Shown piece after piece: positions 23,341 to 36,835 of a stretch of 54,599 nucleotides of DNA. The number at the start of each line of letters is the position of its first letter. The first letter of the stretch is position 1. The stretch comes from Octopus bimaculoides. Its lineage: Eukaryota. The notes beneath the pieces are model-generated. The model ran no database searches. It had not been told where the DNA came from and saw only the letters and a program-made list of their open reading frames with translations. The stretch lies in assembly GCF_001194135.2 (NCBI RefSeq), contig NC_068984.1, positions 35,726,272 to 35,780,870 of the forward strand. The letters are read 5' to 3'. Position numbers and translations under genes: made by a program.

Positions 23341-24312
23341 TTGAGGTAGCCTATCGATGGCTTCACCATTGATGGTAGAAGGCCTATTCAGGACGCTGTT
23401 GAAATGTTCAGCCAATCTCTCTAATACCTTTTCCTTATCGGTGATCAGTCTTGCCCCGTCAGCACTAAGGAGGGGAGACAGTGTTCTTGCAGTAGTAGGG
23501 ACGTAAACTTCCTTCAGGCTGTCATAGAAATTCTTCATGTCATTTCTGTCTGCAAAGCCCTGTATCATGTCTGCTTTGTTGCTAAGCCAGGAATTCTGCA
23601 TCAGGCGCAACTTCGTTTGGATGGTGATCCGTACACTCCGCAGTCTGTCCTTCTTTGAAACTGACTTGGGGGTCAGTTAAGTGAGCTTTGTAAACACGAT
23701 GCTTTTCCTCTAGTAGTTGCTTGATCTCCGTGCAGTTCTCATCAAACCAGTCCTTGTGCTTCTTTGTAGATGGCCCAAAGCATTCCATGGCTGTGTCGTA
23801 CAACGTCACCCGGAGTGCAGCCCAGGCTTCCTCAATATCCTTGTCTTGTAGCACCATGGAGTCCAAGCGTTGCTCCTATGTATCGGTAAATAGCTGCTTG
23901 ACCTTTCTATCCTTCAGCTTGCCGATGTTCAAGCGTTTCGGTGTTTTCCTATTTTGTAGTCGTCTCTTGGGCTGAACTCCAAGGTTGAGTTTGGATACAA
24001 CAAGGCGGTGGTCTGTCCAGCATTCTGCGCCGCACATGGTCTTCGTAACTCATACGTCTTGCCTGTCCCTCTTCCTTATAACGTAGTGGATGAGGTGCTA
24101 GTGCTTTGAGCGGGGATGCATCCATGACGTTCTATTGCGAGTGGGGAGGTTAAAGATGGTGTTGGTGATCAAGAGGCCATGCTCTGCACAGGTCGGGAGG
24201 AGTAGCAGACCGTTGCTGTTGCAGTTGCCAACTCCATGTTTCCTAATCACTCCTTCCCAGGAGATACTATCACGAACAACTCTCGCATTGAAGTCACCTA
24301 GAACGATGACCT
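23340..24312 (-). mobile_element. RTE-clade LINE fragment (APE endonuclease C-half plus linker)
   Basis: LGDFNARV...HGVGNCNSNGLLLL...LITNTIF...SWMHPRSKH...TDHRLVVSKL; KHKDWFDEN; NFYDSLKEVY; AEHFNSVLNRPSTIN; stops and frameshifts. Confidence 0.9.
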
Positions 24313-24641
24313 CATAGATTACTATAGAACGACGGGATATTATTTTTTAGTCATTTCACGTTAATTTTTATGTTGAGTAAAATATCACTGGTTCACTTTC
24401 CTCGGTCTAGAATTATTAAAATATATGTTGGGCAGCAAAACCCGCACACCATATTACAATTAGAAATCTAGAACTCACTTAGCATCATGTGACAGGGTTT
24501 TCATCTCTGTGTACTATTCATACGTCTCAGCTTTCATTTTTAGGAAGATCTTCCATTTAATATTCACGAATATTTGGACGGTCATAATAGCTTTAGCGTA
24601 GCTTTTTATATTATGCTTCTTGTTATTGTATATATTAGTCG

Positions 24642-24688
<47 letters not shown>

Positions 24689-24689
24689 A

Positions 24690-25900
24690 TTACTCTAGAT
24701 TGATTTTATTGTAGTTTGAATTTATACGAGTAGCGGGTTACTGCCTGCAACCTTAAATATCCACATGATTCCAATAAGCCAACAGGTTTTCAACCCCTTT
24801 TTAACAGTCTTCTCCGCTCCAAAGTGGCAAAACTTCAATAGACGCTGTACAGGACATTTATTCCAATCTCCTTTATCTACTTATCTATTTCATCTCTCAT
24901 AATCATGAATGCACAAATTATCATCTATCAATCTTCACAGATTTCATCTTCCAAATTCTCAAACAAGGGGCAGCTTTTTCAACTTCTTGTCGTCTTTATT
25001 CACTATCCCAGAATCAAATGGAGATGATTGATCACTCACTATGCAAGTTCGATTTTCCTGATTAATTTAATATCTGGTTGGTTGTGTTTCCTTTTCTTAT
25101 CCATTAGAGTGGGAAAATCCCTCAGACCCTTGAATGTTCTGACTCAAGTATACCTTGTATACAATTGTTATACCATGTATTTTGTGCTTCAAATCGAAAA
25201 TTGTCAAAGTTTCCGGTGAAAAGCTTCCAAAATTTGATCATTCCTCTGTTTCTAGTATTCTCCATGAGTCAGCCTGGATCGCATTACATAAATATATGCC
25301 AATTGCTTCACCCAAAATTCACTTACCCTACCTTTTGTCTGTACGTTTCTCCCATACCCATACAGTAATTTTACCATTTTTTTGTTTGAAATGCTTGATC
25401 TACTGCTATAATAGTACGGCTGTCCATTATGTATTTTCAATTATAACTCAGTTCAAACAAAGCCATGATTTTGAAACACATACTTTCTTAGTCGCATTGC
25501 AAAATTAACCATGCAAAAGTTTCTCTTCAATCTATTCAGCAAATCCCCATTAAATTTCATTTTGTCTTTTTCCCAATTTCTAATGTCGATCACTTGTTCT
25601 TTATTCACATCTAAAGTGACTTTGCTCTGCTGCTCTGCAAATACTTAAGTAGGCTGTTTCGTTACATCAACATGCGTTGCATCCCACTCATCTTGTATAC
25701 TCACAACTTGCAATTTGCTGCATCTCTTCATATTATATTTCATAGGCCACTAATACTCCAGTATTCCAAACCACTAACACCTCTGTCCTATCACATCTCA
25801 TTTCATTGTTTGCTCATTTGGCATTTTAATTCCCTTGCTTCTGTCAAATGCTCCTCGTTTGTTATCGATAGAGCGTAATTTTGAAGCCTAAATTCCCTTA
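24690..25900 (-). mobile_element. Very old LINE-like remnant ending at an (AAT)n tail
   Basis: Adjoins the (ATT)n tract at 24640-24686; only faint LINE-like residues (VKLLYGY); clade not determinable. Confidence 0.25.
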
Positions 25901-26115
25901 CCACATCATTTTAGAAAATGCGAAGTTTTTTGTTGTTATTGTTGCTGTTGTTATTGTTGTTGTTGCTGTTGTTGTTGTTCTTTCATTGTCAGAGTTCCTG
26001 ACTATACTTGGTCTGGTTGATTCCGTGAGAGCGGAGAATAACTACCTCTGAAAGGTCTCACAGGGTATCTTTCAGCAAATTATACGCTTTGGTAATTGGA
26101 TGTTAACTTATGATG

Positions 26116-26134
26116 GAAGATACTCAACAACCAA

Positions 26135-26212
<78 letters not shown>
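26116..26212. repeat. (ATT)n microsatellite
   Basis: Direct reading. Confidence 0.95.
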
Positions 26213-26420
26213 GCTGCTGCTCTTAATGAATCGTTATTATTATTATTATCATTAACATTATCATTAGTTTTATCGTTTAATCTGAGTGTATTTGTTGCAG
26301 TTATTTGTCGGGTCACACACAGCACCCTAAGTCAAGTAAAGGTTAAGAGACAATATAACTGAAAGCATGGAGAGGTCAGTACAGAAATGTACAGAACAAT
26401 ACAATAAAACCATATACCTT

Positions 26421-26421
26421 G

Positions 26422-26490
<69 letters not shown>
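26421..26490. repeat. (GTA)n microsatellite
   Basis: Direct reading. Confidence 0.95.
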
Positions 26491-26739
26491 CTATTACAGA
26501 CACAGGAGAACATTTGGTGTATCAGAGGTTTGCTGCAGCTATCATATATTGTTGTTTTTCTACTAGCAGATGACGGCATTCAAATTTACAGCTTTTGCCT
26601 TACGATCTTCTAAGAATTTCTTATAGAGATGGTTTACCTGCCATGCTTTTGAAATACGATTTTTTATAAAAGCAAAGACACCTTCAATAGCAGGAATAAT
26701 TTTTACTGTTGTATTTCAGTGTCTAGTTACTTATAATTG

Positions 26740-28270
26740 CTTTATCATTATTATTATTATTGTTCAACATTTGGTAGTTTCAGGCAAATTTCTACTGCAT
26801 CACCTATTACACCCCCATGTTGCTGGGGCGTGTGCAGCATTGTGTTTCTTTTCCGTTGGTGGGAGTGTGCAAACACCTCCCGGTATTGTATTGCGTCAGT
26901 TATTTTTTGTTTACGAGCGTGGTGCAGTCTTTTGTTGTGTTAATGTTTGTATTGTATGTTGAGTGTGTAATGCGTTTGTTACGCAGCTTACTGGTGGACG
27001 TTTATTTCATCGAATAATTGTTGTATAGACTGTGTCTTGTGTGTGTGGATTGTTTTGTTTAGGATGTATTATTGAATTGATAATGTCTTACGTAGAATGC
27101 GGGCTGTTCCTATCAGGGCTATATTTTGAATGGTGTGTAATATTGAGGATCCGGGTATAGCTTTTAAGTTTTTCGTTCACATGTTTTATTATTGTAATTC
27201 CTAATGATTCAATCACTACTTTTATTGTTTACATCTTCATGTCCCACATCTTGAGTACATGAATTTCGAGTCCTTTGAACTTTGACAATTTCTCCACTTC
27301 TTTTTAAACAATATTTGTGTTCCTCTAGCCTTCTTCCTGCAGCCTTTCTTTTCGTCTGGCAGTACATTCTGGCTGCCAAGGTGCTCGTAATTGCTTTATA
27401 GAAGCATTCCTGTTAACAGCATCCACAATAATGGTAAGCAGATGATTGGTCTATAGTTGGTAGCTGTATTAAACATGCTCTTATATTTCATTATAAGTAT
27501 TTTCCTCCCTCTAGTACTAAAATCTAGAATTATTCCTCCATTAAGGCAATGTTCAATCATTCCATTAGCCTCCCAGTTAAACTACGAAATTTCTTTAGCC
27601 AGTACCCTTGAACTAAATCTGGTTCTGGGCCCGTCCAATTCGGCATTTTCTCAAACACTTTACACATTAATGCACTTGTCAAGCGCAGATGAGGCTGCTT
27701 CAACCATTAATTACTTTAACCTACTTCAACATTTAATTTACTACTTTAACCCTTAATTTCTTTAACCATACTGCGTCTCCATCTGATTGACTGCCGTATC
27801 CCAAAATATTACACCAGAAAGTTCAAACTTCTTCTGCATTAGGTTTTTAACTTCAGTAGTTTCTTCTGTAATATTTATTTGGTTATAAAATCTCTGGTCT
27901 GTCTCAAATAATTTATTCTGTTGATACTGGTCTATTCTTTTCTGATATCTCGATAACTTACCTACTACTGCTATGATACGCTATTTCAACTCTTCTATTA
28001 CTGTCCCAAATCTCTTCTCTTTGATTGAGTATCTTTTTCTCGGGAGAAGATTTGCATCTTGTGTTTCCTAACTTGTTCAGTTTCTAGGCTTCTCTTTCAC
28101 TCAAATCTTGTCTTAAAGTTTTCACTTTATTTTGTTGTTTCCTTTTCCACATTTTCTCTTTTTAATCTTTATCTGTGAGATACCTGATCTTCTGGTAACC
28201 ACTAACCCTCCTGCATAAGTGTTTCGAACAATGAGAGCGATGACCTTGGCCTTGAAAAGAACCAAGTCAC
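26740..28270 (-). mobile_element. R4/Dong-like LINE, internally deleted (pre-RT/RT start joined to the REL endonuclease end and 3' UTR)
   Basis: KMPNWTGPEPDLVQGYWLKKF at about 27600-27660; EVEKLSKFKGLEIHVLKMWDMK and IALIGTARILRKTLSIQ* at about 27040-27300; ends in aataataat. Confidence 0.8.
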
Positions 28271-28329
28271 CTTATTCTGTTTTTAATTTCTAAGAGAATA
28301 ACTAATTATATATATAAATATTCTTTCAT

Positions 28330-28390
28330 TCTTTTGTTCTTTTATTTGTTTCAGTCATTTGACTGCAGCCATGCTGGAGCACCGCCAGCA
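28330..28390 (-). mobile_element. SINE 3' tail fragment
   Basis: Reverse complement ggcggtgctccagcatggctgcagtcaaatgactgaaacaaataaaagaac matches the 50680-50730 tail. Confidence 0.7.
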
Positions 28391-28469
28391 TCGGTTGTCA
28401 AGCAATGTTTTGCTTGTTTCATTAAATTTATTGCAGAATCTGCATTTAGGCTAGTTTTGGTTAAAAAAA

Positions 28470-28865
28470 AAAAAAAGCTTTAACCTTGAGCCGATTATAT
28501 GAAAATTTCAATCTCCGTTTTCAGTCCTGAGCTTCTCAACACTGATAGATGGTTGCTTGCTGTACATCAGCATTTCGAATACGAAGCGTAAATGCAGAGG
28601 TTTCATGCGCCACTGCCCCTCCATTTGTTTCTACCCGGTCTTTTCTGCAGTCTCTTTCATTCGGTTTGCTTGTTTGGTGGCAGTGGCTTCAGGTTCTTTA
28701 TTCAATTCAGGTTTAATGCCGAGATCCCTTACGAATTTGCACGCTTCCTTGACAATAGAATGTGATTTTCGCTGCATTCGTGTTTGCACACAAGCTGCAA
28801 CATCCAGTCCTCTGTGCTAGATAGCGACTTGTTCAGTGCTCTTGCTATTGTAGTGGTCTCATAGC
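28470..28865 (-). mobile_element. R4/Dong-like LINE post-RT fragment
   Basis: RGLDVAACV...HSIVKEACKFVRDL...KPLH...RNADVQQ...LRSSGLKTE...IIGSR, resembling the conserved KPLHG / LKxETE / IxAxQD region. Confidence 0.65.
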
Positions 28866-29037
28866 ACAGTCCTAATTGTAATTATCATTATTTATTATTT
28901 TTTTTAATCTAATTTTCGTTGGAACTCCTGAAGCCTATGTTACCAACGGGGCAACACTTTAGTAACAGTTCTACTGGATATTCTATTCCGATTTCCTTTA
29001 TATTCCTCTTGACTCATTTCTGATTTTCCTTTTTCCT

Positions 29038-29048
29038 GTCTTCTTCTT

Positions 29049-29079
<31 letters not shown>

Positions 29080-29082
29080 TTC

Positions 29083-29169
<87 letters not shown>
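29038..29169. repeat. (CTT)n(ATT)n compound microsatellite
   Basis: Direct reading; on the minus strand it is the tail of the adjacent LINE. Confidence 0.95.
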
Positions 29170-29171
<2 letters not shown>

Positions 29172-30194
29172 GACGTTTCTCAATATAAAATATCGTGAGG
29201 TTGATTGAATATATCATTTCTAGTGGGGGTTTATACTGTTCGACAAGTCACAACAAAGACTTCAGACAGGCAGCATCTTACGCAATATGCGTGGAGTTCC
29301 AAACAATACCGAATTTTGCAATACATCTAGATTGTAAGGTATTTCTAAGGTTTTCAGATGTTTTTTGGGAGGATTTATTTTTCAAATTGGATGGCATTGA
29401 ATCAAATGCTCCGATGAAAATAGGGATAACCTATATGTTTGACTCTCGTAGCTGCTACATCTTAGCGATCTCAGTTCTCAGATCTGCATATTTATCAACA
29501 TTTTCTCTTTCTTTCATGATTGTTAGTTGATCTCCTGGCACTGTCACGTCAGTTATTAGGCACTCTTCTTTGTCCCCCCTAAACGTTACTATTTTCTGGT
29601 ACATTATGCTACACTTCTTGTGTCCGAATTCCATTTTAATACCAGTACTTAATTTTGGACCGTGTACACCGAAGAAATTACTTGTACCTTATGCTTGCTA
29701 TACTACTTCGAATCATCCATGAACAGGACGTGGCTGATTGTTTGAGATGTTCCGTTTAGCTAGTATCCCAATTTCGTTTTCCTAATATTAAAGTCAGTGG
29801 GATCATGCAGAGAACAAAAAGCAACGGAGATAAGCTATTACCCTGGAAAATCCCTCTTCTGATGCCCAGAGTACGCAAGCTTTTCGCATAGGATGTAAAC
29901 TCAGTTTTCCACCCAACATACCTCTCTTTAGAAAACTTGTTACATTCCTCGCATTTCCAAACAAATCTAAGCACTCAATGATCTCCGAATGCGGAATTAT
30001 ACCATAAGCTTGATGAAATTTAATTCCGGTCGTCCTCAAAATTGTTTTCCTTCGTTTCCAATCTTGAATTAACATTTTGCGTATCAATACTTGATCTTTG
30101 GTACCACTGCATATCCTCCTACCGCCTTTTTGTTCCGTCGATATTATGTTGTCATCAAGTAATTCGTGCAGGGTTTCTGCAATTCCTCGTGACA

Positions 30195-30195
<1 letters not shown>
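29170..30195 (-). mobile_element. R4/Dong-like LINE, 5'-truncated with internal deletion (RT core plus REL C-terminus)
   Basis: EQKGGRRICSGTKDQVLI...IIPHSEIIECL...RRGIFQGNSLSPLLFVLCMIPL; C-terminal KERENVDKYADLRTEIAKM...FGTPRILRKML; (AAT)n tracts on both sides. Confidence 0.85.
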
Positions 30196-30255
<60 letters not shown>

Positions 30256-30256
30256 G

Positions 30257-30806
30257 AGTGAGAGAGCAGTGCATGCCATCAAAGTTACACTAGGGTAAAA
30301 TATGCGAAGCCCAGTATACCCAGCATCACTACCCGTTTGATAAGGGTACATCAGGCACATGCATCACAACCTTATATGCGCGATATGATGATCTCATATC
30401 AAGAAAAACAGCGCATGATTTTGCAAATTACACCCAGTTAGACTTTGTTTCAGGTCTAGCTGCCTAGCCCGCTCAAATGGTCCTTGACTATGGATTGTTA
30501 AGGATGTTGAACGAAACACCAGTGTTTCTAGAGGTGAACTCAAACTCCAAATAATACTTCACAACATATGACTATGATGATACCCACTTCTGCTCGTGAT
30601 CAGAGCTGCACATATCGTCAGGCACCAAATGCTATGTTCTTCAACTGGCTAAAGTCAAGCAGCTGACAAGCAATTCTGTGGTATTTCACCGAATATTTGC
30701 TGTAGCTCATCTTTTATACCAAGACAAACAATGTACATGATAAAACGTCCAATCAGTTAAGATCAAAAACCATGAGAGCTTGTGCCTGGTACTGCATCAG
30801 GGCATT
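30257..30806 (-). mobile_element. About 550-bp non-autonomous interspersed repeat flanked by (AAT)n
   Basis: Inverted homolog of 39258-39717 (tacagcaaatatt...gatcacgagcagaag...gatggcatgcactgctctctcactc). Confidence 0.8.
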
Positions 30807-30837
30807 TATTATTATTATTATTATTATTGATATTATT

Positions 30838-30878
<41 letters not shown>

Positions 30879-30959
30879 ATTTGTTGTTGTTGTTGTTGTT
30901 AGGCGCCAGTTGCGTTCAGCTAGACTAAGTTCCATCAGCTGGGAGAACTGATGGATGTT

Positions 30960-31290
30960 CGCCTTTGGTATTTTGTACATTGACGATACACCTCTCGATG
31001 TAAAACGTCATGAGAATAATTTTGGCTCAAGCCCACAATGGACATCTAACTACAGATCAAAATGGAGGATGCAGAAAATATTATTGACGCTATCTTCTTG
31101 TCTTGCGATTACAATGTAAACAATGATATCAATATCATTTTTTCAGTCTTCATCGCCAAAGCAAAAGGAAATCTAGTAATATTCAAAGGAGCATTGAGAA
31201 CTGTAGCAAAGTCTCGAACACAAAGAAAATCAAGAGATCTGCAGAACATTCACTATCAACATTTCTAACATCAATGGCAGGTGAGACAAA
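30960..31290 (+). mobile_element. Probable CR1/L2-type LINE remnant
   Basis: LYIDDTPLDVK...WTSNYRSK...KGNLVIFKGALRTVAK...DLQNIHY loosely follows the CR1 post-RT region. Confidence 0.3.
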
Positions 31291-34200
31291 ACCGCAATAG
31301 CATAAAAAATAAATAGATAAACACTAGTATTGTTGGAAACTTCAATTGAGGAATAATGCCTGGTAATTTTTAGTTCATGAGAAAAACATCTACGTATCTA
31401 TGAGCAACAACAGCCGAAAACAATGCAAGCTGAAAGGTTGCTTTATAATAAATATATAAATATATAAGGAAATGAATGAATCTTTTCGAGAATATTGGTG
31501 GATATCCAGGTGTTTGAAGTATGAGTCAACTTTGCAACAGAATCTATGAGATTGGTTAGAAGATGAGGTTTGTAGTAAAAGATGATGAATATACATGTGT
31601 TTCAACGGGGTAGAATAATTGTACTTATTGCTTGGCTCCAATTTTATATATTTTGCATTGGAGTCATACGAATATGAATATGTAAATAAAGGAATGAAGA
31701 ACCACCAAAATATAAAACTTTCCCCAGTGAAATACGAAGGGAAGTTAACATCCCGCGGAATGATTCAGCTAAAGTAATTAAAACAGCGTCAGCAAATCAT
31801 TTGACAGATATTACAGTCAAATATCTTTGAATCAACCCCTGATCTCAAATAATGTTAAATTCATTTTGTTTTAGATACGTACTAATTTTTTATACGTTTA
31901 CTTATGTGTTCTGTATATAACTGACAAACATTATCATGTACTTGTGGACCTATAATCCTGTCACCTGAATTACGAACGGTGAATATGAATGGCTACTTCA
32001 CCGGTCTTCTACAATACACGAAGTAAGATTGGACTCACAAATATGTATTTGATATGTTTGCATAATATTCAGTTTGTCAATATTAAGAAACTATTGATTA
32101 TCAATTCCACCTATTCATTGCCTACCATTCTATATGTATATATTTTTGGCATGTGTTATGTAGTATTGAAGGCCGAGAATAGGAATTTGATTCTTCCAAA
32201 CACATATTACAAACATGATATTAATTTATGCAGAGTGCCTTCCTTATTGGTATTCATGGGACTTTGTTAGATTTGGGTGTTTAGGTCTCCTCTTTGTAAG
32301 TTAAAGAAGATGAGTGAATCAAGGCAGCTGCACCCAGTATCACCACTGATTGCGATAAATAAATGATTGTATATTCGTATTTCTTGAAATAAGGCATATA
32401 TAAACTAAAGTAAAATCGATTTTTTTCTGCGAATCGCATTTGTACTTGTCAGGATATATTTCATATGTATATCATTAAAAAAAAAAAGATCGCTGTGGCG
32501 TCGAGTTCTCTGAATTTTTTAAAGTGTTTCATTCATATTGTTATGAATCTATTCTTCATGGTATTTACATGCAATGTCCTAGACGAAAATGCGCAAATAA
32601 TAGAGTAAATACATCACAGCTATAAATCATACGGCTGTGAGTTATATTTGCCATCCGTTGAACATAATGATATAAACTATGTGTATGACCTACTTAAGTC
32701 GAAAAAATCATTGCTTTCAAACAACATGAAAATAGTTATTTTATGGTTATATTTCTTTTCTTTTCTTTTTTTTTTTCATATTTTGACATTTTTTTCATTG
32801 TAAAAACAAAATGATTTCGTAGATAAATACATTAGCAGCTTGAATGTTAGTTCAAATTTCACTCTTATATACTGCAAATATAACTCTTGAAAAACATTGA
32901 CAGGTGTAAATGTTGTTCCAGGTTTGTGACATTCCAAACCTTACAAAAACGTCAGTCTATATAATTTATATTACTATACAAATATTTGACGAGATTCGAT
33001 TTGCAAAATTTATGTTCTTGCTGAGGTAATAGTTGACAAAATCACTAATGTATTTCTCTCATTGTTATTTTAAAGGGCTAGCATATATAGATGTGGTAGT
33101 GTTGACAATGTGAGTCTTGTTGGGGCAAAACGGTTTTACGCCAAATATATTTGCATTCTTAAAAATAGAAGATATGAGTGACAAGAAATATGAATACGAA
33201 ATCAGGAGGCACTGAGATATACACACACTGGCAGTGGAAGAACGAAGGTACAAATAAGGAATTGTATATGTGAATGTGTGTATTTCTTTGTTTGCATATA
33301 TGTATGTGTGTGAGTACGCGCCCTGGATATGAGATGAAACTGTACCCCAGTGTTCCCTTGAGCTACGATTGCACTCTATTCTCTCCACAGACCAGAGTTA
33401 CAATGGAGGTATTGGCTGCAAGACCGTAGGCACCACAACTGGCTACAGAAATGGCTCCCACATGGATTTTATGATTAATGTCTAGCATAAAATAGTGTAC
33501 CTGCAATTTTTGCGGTATATACATACATACATTTATCTATCTATCTATATATATATATATATNNNNNNNNNNNNNNNNNNNNNNNNNNNNNNNNNNNNNN
33601 NNNNNNNNNNNNNNNNNNNNNNNNNNNNNNNNNNNNNNNNNNNNNNNNNNNNNNNNNNNNNNNNNNNNNNNNNNNNNNNNNNNNNNNNNNNNNNNNNNNN
33701 NNNNNNNNNNNNNNNNNNNNNNNNNNNNNNNNNNNNNNNNNNNNNNNNNNNNNNNNNNNNNNNNNNNNNNNNNNNNNNNNNNNNNNNNNNNNNNNNNNNN
33801 NNNNNNNNNNNNNNNNNNNNNNNNNNNNNNNNNNNNNNNNNNNNNNNNNNNNNNNNNNNNNNNNNNNNNNNNNNNNNNNNNNNNNNNNNNNNNNNNNNNN
33901 NNNNNNNNNNNNNNNNNNNNNNNNNNNNNNNNNNNNNNNNNNNNNNNNNNNNNNNNNNNNNNNNNNNNNNNNNNNNNNNNNNNNNNNNNNNNNNNNNNNN
34001 NNNNNNNNNNNNNNNNNNNNNNNNNNNNNNNNNNNNNNNNNNNNNNNNNNNNNNNNNNNNNNNNNNNNNNNNNNNNNNNNNNNNNNNNNTATATGTACAC
34101 ATATATATACATATAAACATATATATATACACACATATATATATACACGCGTACACACACGAATGCACACACACACACATATATATATATAGAGAGAGAG

Positions 34201-36098
34201 ACTTGCACGCATGCCTACATGCAACGTGTCTGTGTGTTCGTAAGTTTTGTTGTGTATGCAACAATGCATTAAATTACGAAGAAAAGAAATGGAATCTTTA
34301 CAAATATTTATTTGCATTTACATAATCATTTTCAAAATTCCTTTATTAACAAAGATGTTTAATTCCAATAATTCTTAGTCACATGCATCTCGACTCTATG
34401 ACATTAACGGATACTTAACACAGAAAAGGTTTCTGTGTCACGTTTTTATTTATTTATTTGTATTTGAAAATGTTATCTCTCGAGTTGAAGTTAATTATTG
34501 AAATACGTTTCATGTCATGACTAATTGGATTTATATTATTTTCTGTTCCAACATTTCTTGAATAGCTTTATATTAAGGATGTGCAATCATGATTAATTAA
34601 TTCTCTTGTGAGGTTTACAGTATAATATCAATTGTGATTAAATATTGCTTACGTTAATCTGTCAACTAACCTGAAAGCTACTGTTTAATGACCTCATTAC
34701 TCATTTTCAACGAAGCGGTTCTTATTGTCTATCATTTTGCAACTAGAAAATAATATATCCTTGTTTCATGTACCAGATAAAGTCACGTTACAAATCTGTT
34801 CGGTATGTTATCATACCTTCTTCGAGAGTGGTTCATAAACTTTATTTGTCTCTGTTTTATCTGCGCATTGTCCGAACAGTTTCATCAGACTATGAATGCT
34901 GGAGTTTTGTAGAATGTACACACATATAAGTGCTTGCTTACAGGATTGTGTCGATTATACGCATATTTCACTTTTGTTTATGAATAGTGTGTTTGGTTCG
35001 CAAAGTATAGTTCGTTTCTTTTATGTAGTCTTTGTTACTCCTAATACATCTAATAGCTTAAGTAAGCTCTTCTGGAGCACCCAATAAATTGATTTCTCTG
35101 CTGTAACTATATGAAGCCACTTTACACTTTGTGACCTGAATCAACCTTACAATAGACAAGCAAAATCCGTGAAACACAGAAACTTAGCAACATTAGAGAC
35201 ATACTGTGGTAACCCATTATGAAAAGTATACAACTATTATAGGAGGTGATATGTAACGGGCAAGCCACTTCCATATATATTTAGTAAAAGTATTGTTAAT
35301 GTGTCATTTGAGGTATTTTAAATCTAAACAATTTCGAATGAGTGGGTACTAGCAAGAAGATTCTGGATTAACAAAACATTAATCCTATAGAAAGGTGAAT
35401 GCTATTTCTTTCTTTAGTTCGATAACAGCACTCACAAGCATATCTGGTTCTATGTTGGAAATGAAGTTTACTGCTAGAACCGAAACATCGGGTATCATTC
35501 TGGCTCAGATTACCGAAGGAGAAAATTCTGGAAAGCCAGGATGGCTACAGGAAGTACAAGATCGTTTCTGGAAAATGTACTGCTATTGGTCAATGCGACT
35601 CACATAATATTATTAGAAGTGAAATTGGCATATCGGTGACGCTAGATGAATTAGGAAGGTGAATGTCCTGCGTTACGTGGCTAGACAGGAAGCGGGTGGA
35701 GTGCTGGTATCTGATGGACGTTTGCAGGGTCTTGTAAACTGACAGAATCAAGACCAGTGAGTGCGTGTATAGTATACGAGAGTGTATGAGTGAGTGGATG
35801 TGGGTGCATTATGGGTTTTATAAATGTTTGTACGATGAAATGCTAAGTAGTTCACTAGTGAATACTTGCGCACCCACGAACGCGTTTAGGGCACATGTAA
35901 TGATCTGCGTGCGTAAGACTTTACATTCTTACATATGTGTATAACTTTATAAGTGCGAGCATGTTTGTCGGGAACTACATAATTAGGTGCATGCGTGTGT
36001 TTTGTTTTGGTGTGTGTGCATGTGTGCGTACATGCACGAATACAAGAGATACTAGTATACATCTGTCTCACAAACACACATAAATACATACAGTATGC

Positions 36099-36143
<45 letters not shown>

Positions 36144-36317
36144 CAAACAAACACGCATACACCAGACCAAAACACAATGATGCAAGCGTATACGTTCTTC
36201 CAGAAAAACACGCACGTAAGCATACCTTTATACACAAATGTAAGAATATACGTATTTGCGCACACACACGAATACATAACATCTATGTGCGTATTCTTCT
36301 CGTAAAGTTCCGTTTCT

Positions 36318-36835
36318 CCCACACCACCAGACCTCAAAAAATCTCAAAACTCTCAAAGATACTCAAAACCCAACTCACAAGAGCAGAATTCACATCAAAG
36401 AAAGAATAATAATTCGTAGTAAAAGAATGTGGAGATAGATGTGGAAAATGCAAGAATAACAACAACATTTTTAAATACTTAGAAAGCGTTTCCCACATGA
36501 AATTCGAGCACGCATTTTCGTTCAAGACAAATGCAGATATGAACTGCAAAACGCAGAACCTCATATATTGCATCAACTTCCCCAATTGCAATGAAAATTA
36601 TAATGGTGAGACAAATAATTCCCTCTGCTAATGTGCAAGAATCCACAGGCAACATATCCAAGAAGATGAATTACGCAAGTTTCCGTTAAGCAAGCATCTG
36701 GAAATATGCAGCGACGGAAAATTCAAAATCCTACCCTTTTACAAATATTCACAGAATGACCCGCAATACCAAAAAACAATGGATCTACACTTCATCAAAA
36801 AATTCTCTCCATCTTTTATTATAAAGGTGTAAAAT
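36318..36835 (+). mobile_element. Penelope-like element GIY-YIG endonuclease remnant
   Basis: KILKTQLTRAEF...CGDRCGKC...NADMNCKTQNLIYCINFPNCNENYNGET...RIHRQHI...SKHLEIC...KFKILPFYK...FIKKFSPS; has stops. Confidence 0.85.

Noticed and set aside
26376-26579. Mucin-like Thr-run ORF (CVCNSTTTT...K)
   Set aside because: It is the (GTA)n microsatellite; the next putative exon is closed in all frames.
29195-29530. 111-aa plus-strand ORF/exon
   Set aside because: It is the antisense of the R4/Dong-like endonuclease C-terminus.
31148-31280. Plus-strand exon with good splice sites (…KKIKRSAEHSLSTFLTSMA)
   Set aside because: Another frame of the same strand continues a CR1-like remnant, so TE origin is more parsimonious; not fully excluded.
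35395-35700. LamG-like ORF (plus) or exon PSWLSRIFSFGNLSQ (minus)
   Set aside because: A third reading (LEPKHRVSFW...) resembles a CR1 remnant, and the three interpretations cannot be separated without a search.
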